A stretch of DNA of 64,000 nucleotides, from positions 32,778 to 96,777 of the forward strand of contig CAYVEK010000003.1 of NCBI GenBank assembly GCA_964450605.1. Direction: 5' to 3'. The DNA is from an uncultured Candidatus Saccharibacteria bacterium (GTDB lineage Bacteria > Patescibacteriota > Minisyncoccia > Phycocordibacterales > CAIZLB01). The notes under the pieces were generated by a model that was not told the DNA's origin, ran no database searches, and saw only the letters and a list, made by a program, of their open reading frames with translations. Shown here in pieces: positions 10,027 to 18,964 of this stretch. The first letter of the stretch is position 1, and each line of letters begins with the position of its first letter. The translations under genes and the position numbers were made by a program.

Positions 10027-10270
10027 GTCAAAAGTTTGCGCAATTACAAAAAGAGGATCTATAAACGGTGGCGGATATTCTAACCGAACTCGTGCGACTC
10101 AATTTAACCATACAGGTCACCGACGACGATACGCTAACCTACAGAAGAAAAAGATTTTTGTTCCTGAATTGAACAAAACTGTAACTCTTACTCTTTCTAC
10201 ACGAGCTATCAAAACTATTCAGAAGAATGGTGCGTATGCAACTCTACAGAAAGCTGGTCTTCTAAAATAA
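10025..10270 (+). CDS. rpmB: 50S ribosomal protein L28.
   Basis: MSKVCAITKRGSINGGGYSNRTRATQFNHTGHRRRYANLQKKKIF... matches L28 (MSKVC..G..N.SHA.N.T.R...NLQK). The start was moved to the third Met of the tracked ORF. Confidence 0.85.
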   Translation: MSKVCAITKRGSINGGGYSNRTRATQFNHTGHRRRYANLQKKKIFVPELNKTVTLTLSTRAIKTIQKNGAYATLQKAGLLK

Positions 10271-11221
10271 TCACTCAAAGGTATATATAATATTACCTTC
10301 CCGAAAAGTCTCTCTGATCAAGAGAGGCTTTTTGCGTCTTTGATCATATACACGATTCATGACCTCTTTGTGAGGGTGACCATATCTATTGTCTCTACCT
10401 GCAGAGACAACAACCTCGCTTGGTGAAACTGCCTGTAAGAATAAAACACTGGATGATGTCTTAGAACCGTGATGCCCGAGCTTGAGAGTGTCAGCTTTTA
10501 AAACACAGTCTTGTCTCTGTATATCGGGTTTAAAACTCTTTGTAGGACAAAATCTCTTAACTAGCTGTTCTTCAACCTTTATAGGTGCATCACCTGTAAG
10601 CAGGAAAGTAGTTGAAGATCCTGCTGTAATCTTGGTTACTATGGAAAACTGATTGTCATCGAGCTTTTTCTTTTTAGGTAAAGAAAGTGTTGATGTCGCC
10701 AGATACATGTTTTCAGATGGAAATAGAATATCTACAGAATAAATACCAAAAGTAAAATGGTCTCCCGTCTGAACCTTGCGTTTATTAAAAGAAAGTTTTT
10801 CTAGTTGGTTTTCAGCCGGTGATTCATCTTTTTGATTTACATCTAAAAATCCATTGTGTAAAACCTCTTTCACCAGCCCTCGTTCTATAAGCCTAGAAGC
10901 TTCACCTATGTGGTCGGTATCTGGGTGGGTTAATAATAGTTTATCTATAGATACAATAGGACAGCCAGTTACACTCTCGATTTGTTCTAAAACTCGTCCA
11001 TCTTTAGGACCTGTGTCTATGAGCATGTTTGAACCGTTTGCATTTTGCATATATATAGAATCACCTTGACCAATATCAAGAAAAGCTAGGAGAGGCTTTT
11101 TGACAGAACATGTTTCATTTTTTTGAAGGTTTTTATACAAGAAAAAGGAGCTACCCGCGACAAGAGCAAGAACAATATAAATAAGGTTGGTTTTGTGTAG
11201 AAAAAGTTTTAGTCCTTGCAT
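10271..11221 (-). CDS. ComEC/Rec2-related metallo-beta-lactamase domain protein: the MBL half of a split ComEC, with its own N-terminal TM anchor.
   Basis: FLDIGQGDSIYMQ..NMLIDTG, LLLTHPDTDHIG, LKLGHHGSKTSS and RYGHPH are the ComEC C-terminal lactamase_B motifs. Confidence 0.8.
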   Translation of the reverse strand: MQGLKLFLHKTNLIYIVLALVAGSSFFLYKNLQKNETCSVKKPLLAFLDIGQGDSIYMQNANGSNMLIDTGPKDGRVLEQIESVTGCPIVSIDKLLLTHPDTDHIGEASRLIERGLVKEVLHNGFLDVNQKDESPAENQLEKLSFNKRKVQTGDHFTFGIYSVDILFPSENMYLATSTLSLPKKKKLDDNQFSIVTKITAGSSTTFLLTGDAPIKVEEQLVKRFCPTKSFKPDIQRQDCVLKADTLKLGHHGSKTSSSVLFLQAVSPSEVVVSAGRDNRYGHPHKEVMNRVYDQRRKKPLLIRETFREGNIIYTFE

Positions 11222-11282
11222 ATATATAAATATAGTATACTGTATCTGTAATAAAGAATTTATAAATAAATCTTAAAGAAAC

Positions 11283-11864
11283 ATGAAATATACAGAAAAG
11301 AAATTTGAAATCCCTGCTCTAGAGGGAATAAGTGCCAAAACCATAGAGGAGCATCTAAAACTTTATGCCGGATATGTTAAACACACAAACCTGATACTGG
11401 AAAAGATCAGTCAATTAGAAACAGAACCTACACCTGAATCTCTGTATGAAATAAACGAACTTCGACGAAGATTAGGATTTGAATTTTGCGGTATGAGAAA
11501 TCACGAATATTATTTTGAACAATTTGAAGGTGGTTTCAAAAAGACAGATGGAACAGCGCTTGAACAAAAAATAATATCGCAGTGGGGTTCAACTGAAAAA
11601 TGGATCACTGAGTTTAAACAACTGGCGATGACTCGAGGTTTGGGATGGGCTGGTTTATACAAAGATACTCACACAGATAATCTTGTAAATGTTTGGATCA
11701 ATGAACAACAAGATGGTCAGCCTACAGGACTTACACCCATACTTATGTTAGACATGTGGGAACATTCATATATGCTTGATGTTCCGCCATCAGAAAAGAA
11801 AAAATACATCGATGCTTTTTTCAGCAACGTGAACTGGGAGACTGTTGCAAAGAGATACGAATAA
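11283..11864 (+). CDS. sod: Fe/Mn superoxide dismutase.
   Basis: C-terminal LDMWEHSYMLD (the D-x-W-E-H metal ligand motif), N-terminal FEIPAL...EEHLKLYAGYVKHTN, and the two-domain SOD layout. Its 3' end overlaps the convergent ComEC-N gene by about 44 bp. Confidence 0.85.
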   Translation: MKYTEKKFEIPALEGISAKTIEEHLKLYAGYVKHTNLILEKISQLETEPTPESLYEINELRRRLGFEFCGMRNHEYYFEQFEGGFKKTDGTALEQKIISQWGSTEKWITEFKQLAMTRGLGWAGLYKDTHTDNLVNVWINEQQDGQPTGLTPILMLDMWEHSYMLDVPPSEKKKYIDAFFSNVNWETVAKRYE

Positions 11865-13185
11865 TAAAAAGTATAGATAAAAAATATAAAACAAGCACAA
11901 CAAGAACCGTGCTTGTTTTCATATATATGTATGCGTATTCAAATTGTGAAAGTTTTTTCACAACAAAGAATATAAACTCAAGCACTTTGTTGTTTATAAA
12001 AACAAACACATCTTTTAACCAACTAAGATTCACAAGACTAAAAACAATTGTTAAAAATCCAAGCAACATAACGATGGGTATAAACGGTAAGACCAAAATA
12101 TTACTCAACAAAAAAACTGTTGAAAAAGATCCAGACATGTACAACAGGTATGGAAACACAAATACTTGAGTCGATAAGGTTACAGCAATAATCTCTATCA
12201 ACCACATCGGCATAAAATGTAAAAAAGAAAATTTTATTTTTTCTGTAAAAAAGTTAGAGAATAAAATAAGTCCAAATGTAGCACAGCAAGTTAAATGAAA
12301 TGACGGATCATACAGAGTTTGAAAAGGTGCAATTGTTGTAAGTAATAAAATGGTTATAGTAAGTGCATACACCTGAGAAGTTTTTTCTGAAAATAAAAAC
12401 AAGCCACAGAACGTACTCGCCACCGCACGATATATCGGAGCTCCTCCACCAACTAACATCATAAAAAACCAGACAAACATTGCGATAAATATTTTTTGGA
12501 AAAACTTTTTTCGACGAAATATTTTATCTGTAATTGTTTTAACACAACCGAGTATCAAACTTACATTTGAGCCAGACAAAACCACAACATGACTTAAGCT
12601 CACTCGTTTAAACATATCCAGCATACTGTTTGTCATCAAACCTTTTCCAGCTATCAACACGCCCGCAACCAAACCACTGTATGGTTGTACATACTCTCTC
12701 AAGAGTATGTCTGTGAATCTTTTTTTCTGTTTCATGAAGAAAAGTTCTAGGGTTTGATAGGGACCTAAACTAGGGCAATTAATTTGTGTTTCATTTACTA
12801 TGATGGCTTGTAATATGAGAAAAACATCATCTTTTGCAAGATATTTTTGATATGGAAATGTATACAAAACATCTTTGGAATCTATATCTTTTGGCTTTGA
12901 AACACGTCCTGAAACATTGATACACTGTCCAAACGTTATTTCGGTAGTGGCCGGGGTAGTGATCTTATACCTATAGCCGGAAACTAGATCATGAGCAAAA
13001 AACTTGTACAAATACCGATCCATAACAACATCCGAATCAATAATAAGAGTACCTTTAAAAGATCCTTCTGTTGCAAGTTTTTGTTTTTGTTCAAAGCTTT
13101 TGTGAGAAAAAATAATCGCAACCAGTGAGCTTATCAATAACACAAAAAATAAAATGTATTTATATTTTGAAATTAAAAAACTCAC
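11821..13185 (-). CDS. comEC: ComEC/Rec2 DNA-uptake channel, N-terminal part (DUF4131/OB domain plus polytopic competence domain).
   Basis: At least 8 TM segments and the GLVAGVLIAGKGLMTNSMLDMFKRVSLSHVVVLSGSNVSLILG competence-domain motif. The MBL domain is encoded separately at 10271-11221. Confidence 0.8.
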   Translation of the reverse strand: MSFLISKYKYILFFVLLISSLVAIIFSHKSFEQKQKLATEGSFKGTLIIDSDVVMDRYLYKFFAHDLVSGYRYKITTPATTEITFGQCINVSGRVSKPKDIDSKDVLYTFPYQKYLAKDDVFLILQAIIVNETQINCPSLGPYQTLELFFMKQKKRFTDILLREYVQPYSGLVAGVLIAGKGLMTNSMLDMFKRVSLSHVVVLSGSNVSLILGCVKTITDKIFRRKKFFQKIFIAMFVWFFMMLVGGGAPIYRAVASTFCGLFLFSEKTSQVYALTITILLLTTIAPFQTLYDPSFHLTCCATFGLILFSNFFTEKIKFSFLHFMPMWLIEIIAVTLSTQVFVFPYLLYMSGSFSTVFLLSNILVLPFIPIVMLLGFLTIVFSLVNLSWLKDVFVFINNKVLEFIFFVVKKLSQFEYAYIYMKTSTVLVVLVLYFLSILFIIRISLQQSPSSRC

Positions 13186-13252
13186 TGACGTATTGTTGCA
13201 TATCAGTGATAAAGTTTTTTAAAAGAAAAGATAAAGAAAAATATAAAAATAT

Positions 13253-13786
13253 TTATTGTCTCCAGTTTGAGAAAACATCGTTATAAAAATATTTTTCTTC
13301 TCCATCAATAAGAGCCTCGTCATCTGCACATGTCGTTGCGATCTCATCAGCGCGAGCATTGAAGACGTTGTCGCTATGACCCTTAACATACGTCCACTTT
13401 ATGGTGTGACCGGCTTGCTGTATCTCGAGCACAAGAGCATCTAGCTTTTTCCAAAGATCTTGATTTAAAACTTCTTTTTTTGCAGAAGTTTTCCAATTAT
13501 TTTTTTTCCAACCATGTATCCATTCTGTTATACCTTGTAGTACATATTTTGAATCAGCAAAAACATGTATGTTTTTTAAACCAAAAGTATTTTCAGAATA
13601 AGCTAAAGACAGCCCATGAATAGCGCCTTCGAGTTCCATTTTATTATTTGTAGTGTATTCACTTTTACCACCAACTTCCAAAACTTTTTCTTTTCCAAAA
13701 ACAACTATGCAAGCCCATCCGCCCGGACCTGGATTTCCACGAGCTGCGCCATCGGTATATATAGTAATAGTGTCAGAAGTAAACAT
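13253..13786 (-). CDS. rnhA: Ribonuclease HI.
   Basis: IYTDGAARGNPGPGGWA, ELEGAIHGL, ADSKYV and HSDNVFNARADEIA. Confidence 0.9.
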   Translation of the reverse strand: MFTSDTITIYTDGAARGNPGPGGWACIVVFGKEKVLEVGGKSEYTTNNKMELEGAIHGLSLAYSENTFGLKNIHVFADSKYVLQGITEWIHGWKKNNWKTSAKKEVLNQDLWKKLDALVLEIQQAGHTIKWTYVKGHSDNVFNARADEIATTCADDEALIDGEEKYFYNDVFSNWRQ

Positions 13787-13795
13787 GTACCCATC

Positions 13796-15571
13796 TTACA
13801 CCTTACGCTCAAGCTTTTCTACCCGGACACGCACCTCTCGTTTTCCCAAGAAAAAGCTCTCTTCGATAAAACCATATACATCTAACACCTCCTCGACTGG
13901 GGCATTCAAAAGTGTTTCATCTGCAAAAAAGGTTATGTATCGAACAGGAGTGGTTTTGAATCTTCCTGTTGTGTATTTGTATGTGTCCTGTAAAAAATCA
14001 GGAGTTGGTTTTTTAATAACGCCTTCTGAATCTATAAAGTGTTCAATCATAAACTCAGCATGCTCTTTTTCTTTTCCAAATTTTTTAACTTCTCTCAATA
14101 CCACTCCTGCTATTTTAAACAACGGCTTTTCATTTGCTATACCAAAAGGACGAAGGTTGTTCAGATTGGATATAAAAGACTCGTTTATAGTATCGTGACT
14201 TATAGTGTAGATACAGGTTTCTTCTGATGACTGAACTTCTGCAACCTGTCCTTCAGAAGATTCTTTCCATTTTGTAAAAGCCTGTTCCAACTCAGACTCA
14301 AAGACATCAACTTTATCTTTTGTAAAAGCAAAACCTCCCGACAGAGCATGGCCTCCAAACTCTTCAAAAAAATCTTGTGTAACATGTCCCATGATATCTA
14401 CCAAACTGAAACCTGGAATAGATCGACATGAACCACGAAAAACATCTCCATCCTCGCAACCATATACGAAAACCGGCTTTTGAAACTTTCGTACCATGTT
14501 ACTCGCCACAGGACCAACCAGTGTAGGGGACCACTGTTCATCACCTACTATTAGTATGTTTTTATCATTAACAGAAACTGTATCAACCTTTTTTTCTGCT
14601 GATTTTATAAGATCTTTGGCTTTTTCTTTTCGAGACTTGTTGAGAGTAACCAGATGACGAGCTTGTTTCACTGCTTCAACAGCATTACCTCCAGATAATA
14701 GATGAAACGCATCAAGTGCATGAGACATACGAGAAGCGGCATTTATACAAGGACTTATAGAAAAACCAATATCATCTTCTTGGATATCTTTTACCTGTAA
14801 TTTTAATTCAGCCAAAAGACTTTGAAGTCCTAGACGTCGTCCTTTTTGAAGAACCTTAAGTCCATAGACTGCAAAGACACGATTCTCACCAGTCAGTGGA
14901 ACCATGTCTGATATAGTCGCCAAACCAACCATGTCCAATAACCACTTCTCCCAACCAGGAGCTATTGTATATCCTTTTGTTCGAGCTTGTGCGACCAGTC
15001 TGTGTATCAACTTATACATCACGCCGGCACCGCAAAGCATTTTTTCACCATATCGGCAATCTTCTTGTTTTGGATTTAAAATCGCATATGCTTTTGGCAA
15101 CTCACCATGTGGCATATGATGATCTGTGATAATCACATCTATACCTAAACTATTTGCATACTCAACCTCATCAACTGCTGATATACCAAGATCCATAGTT
15201 ATGATAAGTGTCACCTCCAGATCTCTAGCTTTATCTATGAGATGTTTATGTAAACCAAAACCGTCTTTATGTCTGTGAGGTATGAGCACCTCTATATGAT
15301 CGCTGTAACCTATTTTATTAAAAAAATCATATGCAATAGTGGCCGACGGAACACCGTCAGCATCATAGTCAGCATACAAACAGATCTTTTCTTTATTTTC
15401 TATCGCTTTCCAAATACGATCTGTAGCTTTATCTATATCTTTCATTCTAGATACATCAAACATCCCCCCTTTTTCTTCATCATACACAGGATTAAGAAAC
15501 TCCTCGATCTGACCCTTCGTCAAACCTCTGTCTTTCAGTATTCGCAGATGTACAGGAGTATCTTCATACAT
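13796..15571 (-). CDS. recJ: Single-stranded-DNA-specific exonuclease RecJ (DHH family).
   Basis: ADYDADGVPS, ITMDLG and IITDHH DHH/DHHA1 motifs; 591 aa. Confidence 0.9.
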   Translation of the reverse strand: MYEDTPVHLRILKDRGLTKGQIEEFLNPVYDEEKGGMFDVSRMKDIDKATDRIWKAIENKEKICLYADYDADGVPSATIAYDFFNKIGYSDHIEVLIPHRHKDGFGLHKHLIDKARDLEVTLIITMDLGISAVDEVEYANSLGIDVIITDHHMPHGELPKAYAILNPKQEDCRYGEKMLCGAGVMYKLIHRLVAQARTKGYTIAPGWEKWLLDMVGLATISDMVPLTGENRVFAVYGLKVLQKGRRLGLQSLLAELKLQVKDIQEDDIGFSISPCINAASRMSHALDAFHLLSGGNAVEAVKQARHLVTLNKSRKEKAKDLIKSAEKKVDTVSVNDKNILIVGDEQWSPTLVGPVASNMVRKFQKPVFVYGCEDGDVFRGSCRSIPGFSLVDIMGHVTQDFFEEFGGHALSGGFAFTKDKVDVFESELEQAFTKWKESSEGQVAEVQSSEETCIYTISHDTINESFISNLNNLRPFGIANEKPLFKIAGVVLREVKKFGKEKEHAEFMIEHFIDSEGVIKKPTPDFLQDTYKYTTGRFKTTPVRYITFFADETLLNAPVEEVLDVYGFIEESFFLGKREVRVRVEKLERKV

Positions 15572-15600
15572 GTCCGTATAGTAACATAAAGATCCATTTT

Positions 15601-15873
15601 CTATATCACCTCCACAAGCAAAGTAACTTTTTGTCCAACCACCAACCCCTCCACCCTACACACAGCTTTTTTAATAGGGGCAAAATATTTTTCTTTTTTC
15701 ATTGGAAATAACGACGTCTTCCACCTAGTCTTACCTATGGTGATATAAACAGGTATACTTCCCCAACCACCGGTTTTCAAACCTTTCAAAGGTTCATACG
15801 GAATACATACATATCTCCACGGAGCAGTCATATTAAATACCTCTATTTCATCAGTAACAGTAAACTTTTTCAT
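15601..15873 (-). CDS. DUF1905-like small protein.
   Basis: IPVYITIGKTRWKTSLFPMKKEKYFAPIKKAVCRVEGLVVGQKVTLLVEV resembles the DUF1905 pattern (TING..WRTSL....G.FLLPV.KAVR...G...GD.V.V.L). Confidence 0.55.
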   Translation of the reverse strand: MKKFTVTDEIEVFNMTAPWRYVCIPYEPLKGLKTGGWGSIPVYITIGKTRWKTSLFPMKKEKYFAPIKKAVCRVEGLVVGQKVTLLVEVI

Positions 15874-15895
15874 ATTCTTATGCTACCATACCGTC

Positions 15896-16354
15896 ATGTC
15901 ACAAGACGAAAATCCTAACAAAACAACATATGACCAATCAGAGATAGAGTCTAACTGTGTTTTTTGTAAAATAGTTCGAGGAGATATACCTGCTGTAAAG
16001 ATATATGAAGATGAGGATACACTGGCTTTTATGGATATAAAACCAAATCATCGTGGACACACCCTTGTTGTACCTAAAGAACACTTTGAAAATATACACT
16101 CGTTACCCGCGGAAAGTGTATGTCGGGTATTTATGGTAGCTCAAAAAATAGCAACCGCCTCAAGAAACGCGCTGGACGCTGATGGAATAAACATAGTTAT
16201 GAACAATGACTCAGCTGCTGGACAGGAGATCTGGCATTCTCATGTACACGTTATACCCAGATATAACAACGATGGTGGGTATATAGGTCAAAAATACACA
16301 TATATAGCTGGAGAGATGGAAGAAGTTGCAGAAAAAATCAAAGCTGAGCTATAA
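15896..16354 (+). CDS. HIT-family (histidine triad) nucleotide hydrolase.
   Basis: CVFCKI... and HSHVHVIPR (the HxHxHxx triad). Confidence 0.85.
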   Translation: MSQDENPNKTTYDQSEIESNCVFCKIVRGDIPAVKIYEDEDTLAFMDIKPNHRGHTLVVPKEHFENIHSLPAESVCRVFMVAQKIATASRNALDADGINIVMNNDSAAGQEIWHSHVHVIPRYNNDGGYIGQKYTYIAGEMEEVAEKIKAEL

Positions 16355-16362
16355 TTAGAGTT

Positions 16363-16806
16363 ATGAAAACAAAAAACATTTTATTGCTTCTTGTGCGACT
16401 TATCGCCGGAGGACTTATAGCATATGCCGGATATACAAAAGTTACTGATATGGAGCAAACTGTATCAAATCTAAGTGGAGGTTTTGGACTATCAACTCCA
16501 GTTATCTGGGCAGTTGCTTGGGGAGAGCTCCTAGCAGGTCTAGGACTTATCTTCGGAGTATGGGCACGACTTGCGGCAGTTGGTTCTGCCATCATTATGT
16601 GTGGAGTGTTCTACTATACACGAAACATGGATATGGGAATGTCTAAATACATGATCGAGGCCGCTGTTATCCTTCTTGGATCAGTGATTGTACTTATCAC
16701 AGGAGCTGGTTCATGGGCACTTACAGGACGAAAAGGATCTGCTATGGCACCTGCAGCTACACAGCCAGTAAACCCAGTTCCACCCAGCACAAATCCTCAG
16801 ATGTAA
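16363..16806 (+). CDS. DoxX-family membrane protein.
   Basis: LLLVRLIAGGLIAYAGYTKV with four TM helices matches the DoxX pattern (LLRL.LG..F..AG.SKL). Confidence 0.7.
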   Translation: MKTKNILLLLVRLIAGGLIAYAGYTKVTDMEQTVSNLSGGFGLSTPVIWAVAWGELLAGLGLIFGVWARLAAVGSAIIMCGVFYYTRNMDMGMSKYMIEAAVILLGSVIVLITGAGSWALTGRKGSAMAPAATQPVNPVPPSTNPQM

Positions 16807-16831
16807 TCTGATATTATCAAAACAGTTAAAG

Positions 16832-16860
16832 AAAAAACCACCTAATCGGTGGTTTTTTCT
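16832..16860. terminator. Bidirectional rho-independent terminator between the convergent DoxX and pgk genes.
   Basis: aaaaaaccacc-taatc-ggtggtttttt. Confidence 0.75.
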
Positions 16861-16870
16861 GTTTACATAT

Positions 16871-18103
16871 CTAAAACAAACTCTCTATTCCCGGCAACTT
16901 TCCATCTTTCTCTAAAAACTCAAGCATTGCGCCTCCCCCAGTTGAAACAAATATATTTGAAGATTTCCGATCAAAGTCTGGATATATTGGCTGTATAGCG
17001 GCAACTGTATCACCTCCACCTATAAATACAGAAACGTCTTCGTGCAGTGTTGCGTACTCATAGGTCAGTTCCGTCATCTTTTTAGTACCTTCAGCAAACT
17101 GCTCATTCTCATAATTTCCAACCGGTCCATTCCAAATAAGAGTTTTTACTCCCAAATCTTTAATCTTATTAAAAAAACTTTGAACACCTATTGGCGCGAT
17201 GTCTTGTATAGATTCATTTTGTTTAACGTCTTGTATTGGACAATTCCTAATCTGTCCAGATATAACATCTCTAACAACAACTGTGTCTGGTATAAATACT
17301 TTGGCTTTAAATAAAGGCTCCTCTACCAACATGTCGATATATGATGCTTCGGGGTCTATAAGAGAAACACCAACAGAATAACCCAATGATTTTAAAACAT
17401 TGTTAAATAAAGCTCCGCCTACAAGAATACTGTCAGCTGTTTGTAGATACTTTTTAATCAGAGGCAGTTTTGTTGAAAACTTCATACCACTCAAAACAAC
17501 AGCCACTGGAGTTTTTGGGTGTATGGCTTCTGCGAGCGCTGATATTTCTTTATGTAACAAAAAGCCTGTTGCCTTATGATCTACATCAAACAAACGTGGA
17601 AGCGCTGAAACTGATGTGTGTTTTCTGTGAGAAACAGCAAAGGCATCTTGTACATAAAAATCTATTCCCTGCGCCAGATATGTTGCCAAATTTACATCAT
17701 CTTTTTTTTCATTCATCAGTTCCTGATCCGCGTTTCTTATGTTTTCCAACAACACAAATCCACCTTCAACTGTAGAATTTATAGCACCCTGATAAACCTC
17801 TGTATTAAGAAAGTCTCTACAGAATGACATAGCAAATTCAGGATGTTTTTCTTGAAAATATAGAAATACAGGTTCAAGAGTTGGAGTTTCTGTGTCGGCT
17901 GTTTCTATGTGCGAAGCAATAACGGTTATAGCCCCCTCTTTTTTCAAGAACTCTAGCGTAGGAAGAGAGCTTTGTATTCTGTAGACATCATCTATATGTC
18001 CGTTTTGTATAGGAACATTGAAGTCTGCGCGAAGAAATACTTTTTTACCTTTTAATTTTCTCGTCAGTGCCTGTATATTATTTATGTTTTTTAGCTGATC
18101 CAT
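16871..18103 (-). CDS. pgk: Phosphoglycerate kinase.
   Basis: VFLRADFNVP, LENIRNAD, DAFAVSHR and GGGDT. Confidence 0.95.
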   Translation of the reverse strand: MDQLKNINNIQALTRKLKGKKVFLRADFNVPIQNGHIDDVYRIQSSLPTLEFLKKEGAITVIASHIETADTETPTLEPVFLYFQEKHPEFAMSFCRDFLNTEVYQGAINSTVEGGFVLLENIRNADQELMNEKKDDVNLATYLAQGIDFYVQDAFAVSHRKHTSVSALPRLFDVDHKATGFLLHKEISALAEAIHPKTPVAVVLSGMKFSTKLPLIKKYLQTADSILVGGALFNNVLKSLGYSVGVSLIDPEASYIDMLVEEPLFKAKVFIPDTVVVRDVISGQIRNCPIQDVKQNESIQDIAPIGVQSFFNKIKDLGVKTLIWNGPVGNYENEQFAEGTKKMTELTYEYATLHEDVSVFIGGGDTVAAIQPIYPDFDRKSSNIFVSTGGGAMLEFLEKDGKLPGIESLF

Positions 18104-18941
18104 ATTGCTTGAGTATATTTTTCTTAGGATTAATGAGTACTGATTTTATGATTGATACAAATGATTCTGGTGTCCAACTTGCTCTGCCTATAAGCAACCC
18201 TTGCACTTCTCCGTTCCAAAGTACATCTTGCGCGTTCTCAGGAGTTACTGAACCTCCATATAAGACCCGTACTGACTTTGAAGTTTCTTCTCCAAATTTT
18301 TCAAGAAGCAATCTTCTGATAAACACAACCATACTATGAAGACCATGAGCATCGAGCGAAAGATTGTCTTTATTGTTTACCGCCCACACTGGTTCATAAG
18401 CGATAGTTATCATTCCATGATCTTTTTTATCTATATATGAAAATACAGATAGTATTTGTTCTTCAACAACTTTTAGATACTGGACTCCAGTATCTCTTTC
18501 CCTCTCACCAACACAGAGGACTACTTTTAACTTATTGTCTATTGCTAGTTTTGTTTTTGTGATAACAATAGCATTCGTATCCCCTGCGTCACGACACTCA
18601 GAGTGACCCACTATCACATACGAAACACCTGCATCTTTCATAGTAAGAACAGGCAATTCACCTGTATGAGACCCTCCTTCATGTACAGATATATTTTGTG
18701 CAGCAAGGTTAAGTTTTGGATACGGGTTTCTTCTAGGTTTTGAATGTTTTAAATGCTTTGAAAAAACCTGCGAAAGCGTATGTGTATGCGTTGCAGACGG
18801 CGCAAACACAAGCTCTAGCTTTGAAGAACTTGATCCGAGGTCTTTATATGTTTGTAATATTTTTAACTCTGCTTCTTTATATGACAAAGTTCCAGCCTTC
18901 CAATTTGCAATAATAAGGGGCTTTGATGATACCGTAGACAT
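18078..18941 (-). CDS. tpiA: Triosephosphate isomerase.
   Basis: IANWKA, AAQN, IVGHSECR, CVGE, IAYEPVWAV and YGGSV. It overlaps the pgk start by 26 bp. Confidence 0.9.
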   Translation of the reverse strand: MSTVSSKPLIIANWKAGTLSYKEAELKILQTYKDLGSSSSKLELVFAPSATHTHTLSQVFSKHLKHSKPRRNPYPKLNLAAQNISVHEGGSHTGELPVLTMKDAGVSYVIVGHSECRDAGDTNAIVITKTKLAIDNKLKVVLCVGERERDTGVQYLKVVEEQILSVFSYIDKKDHGMITIAYEPVWAVNNKDNLSLDAHGLHSMVVFIRRLLLEKFGEETSKSVRVLYGGSVTPENAQDVLWNGEVQGLLIGRASWTPESFVSIIKSVLINPKKNILKQYGSAKKHK

Positions 18942-18964
18942 GTATCAGATTATACTACAAAAAG

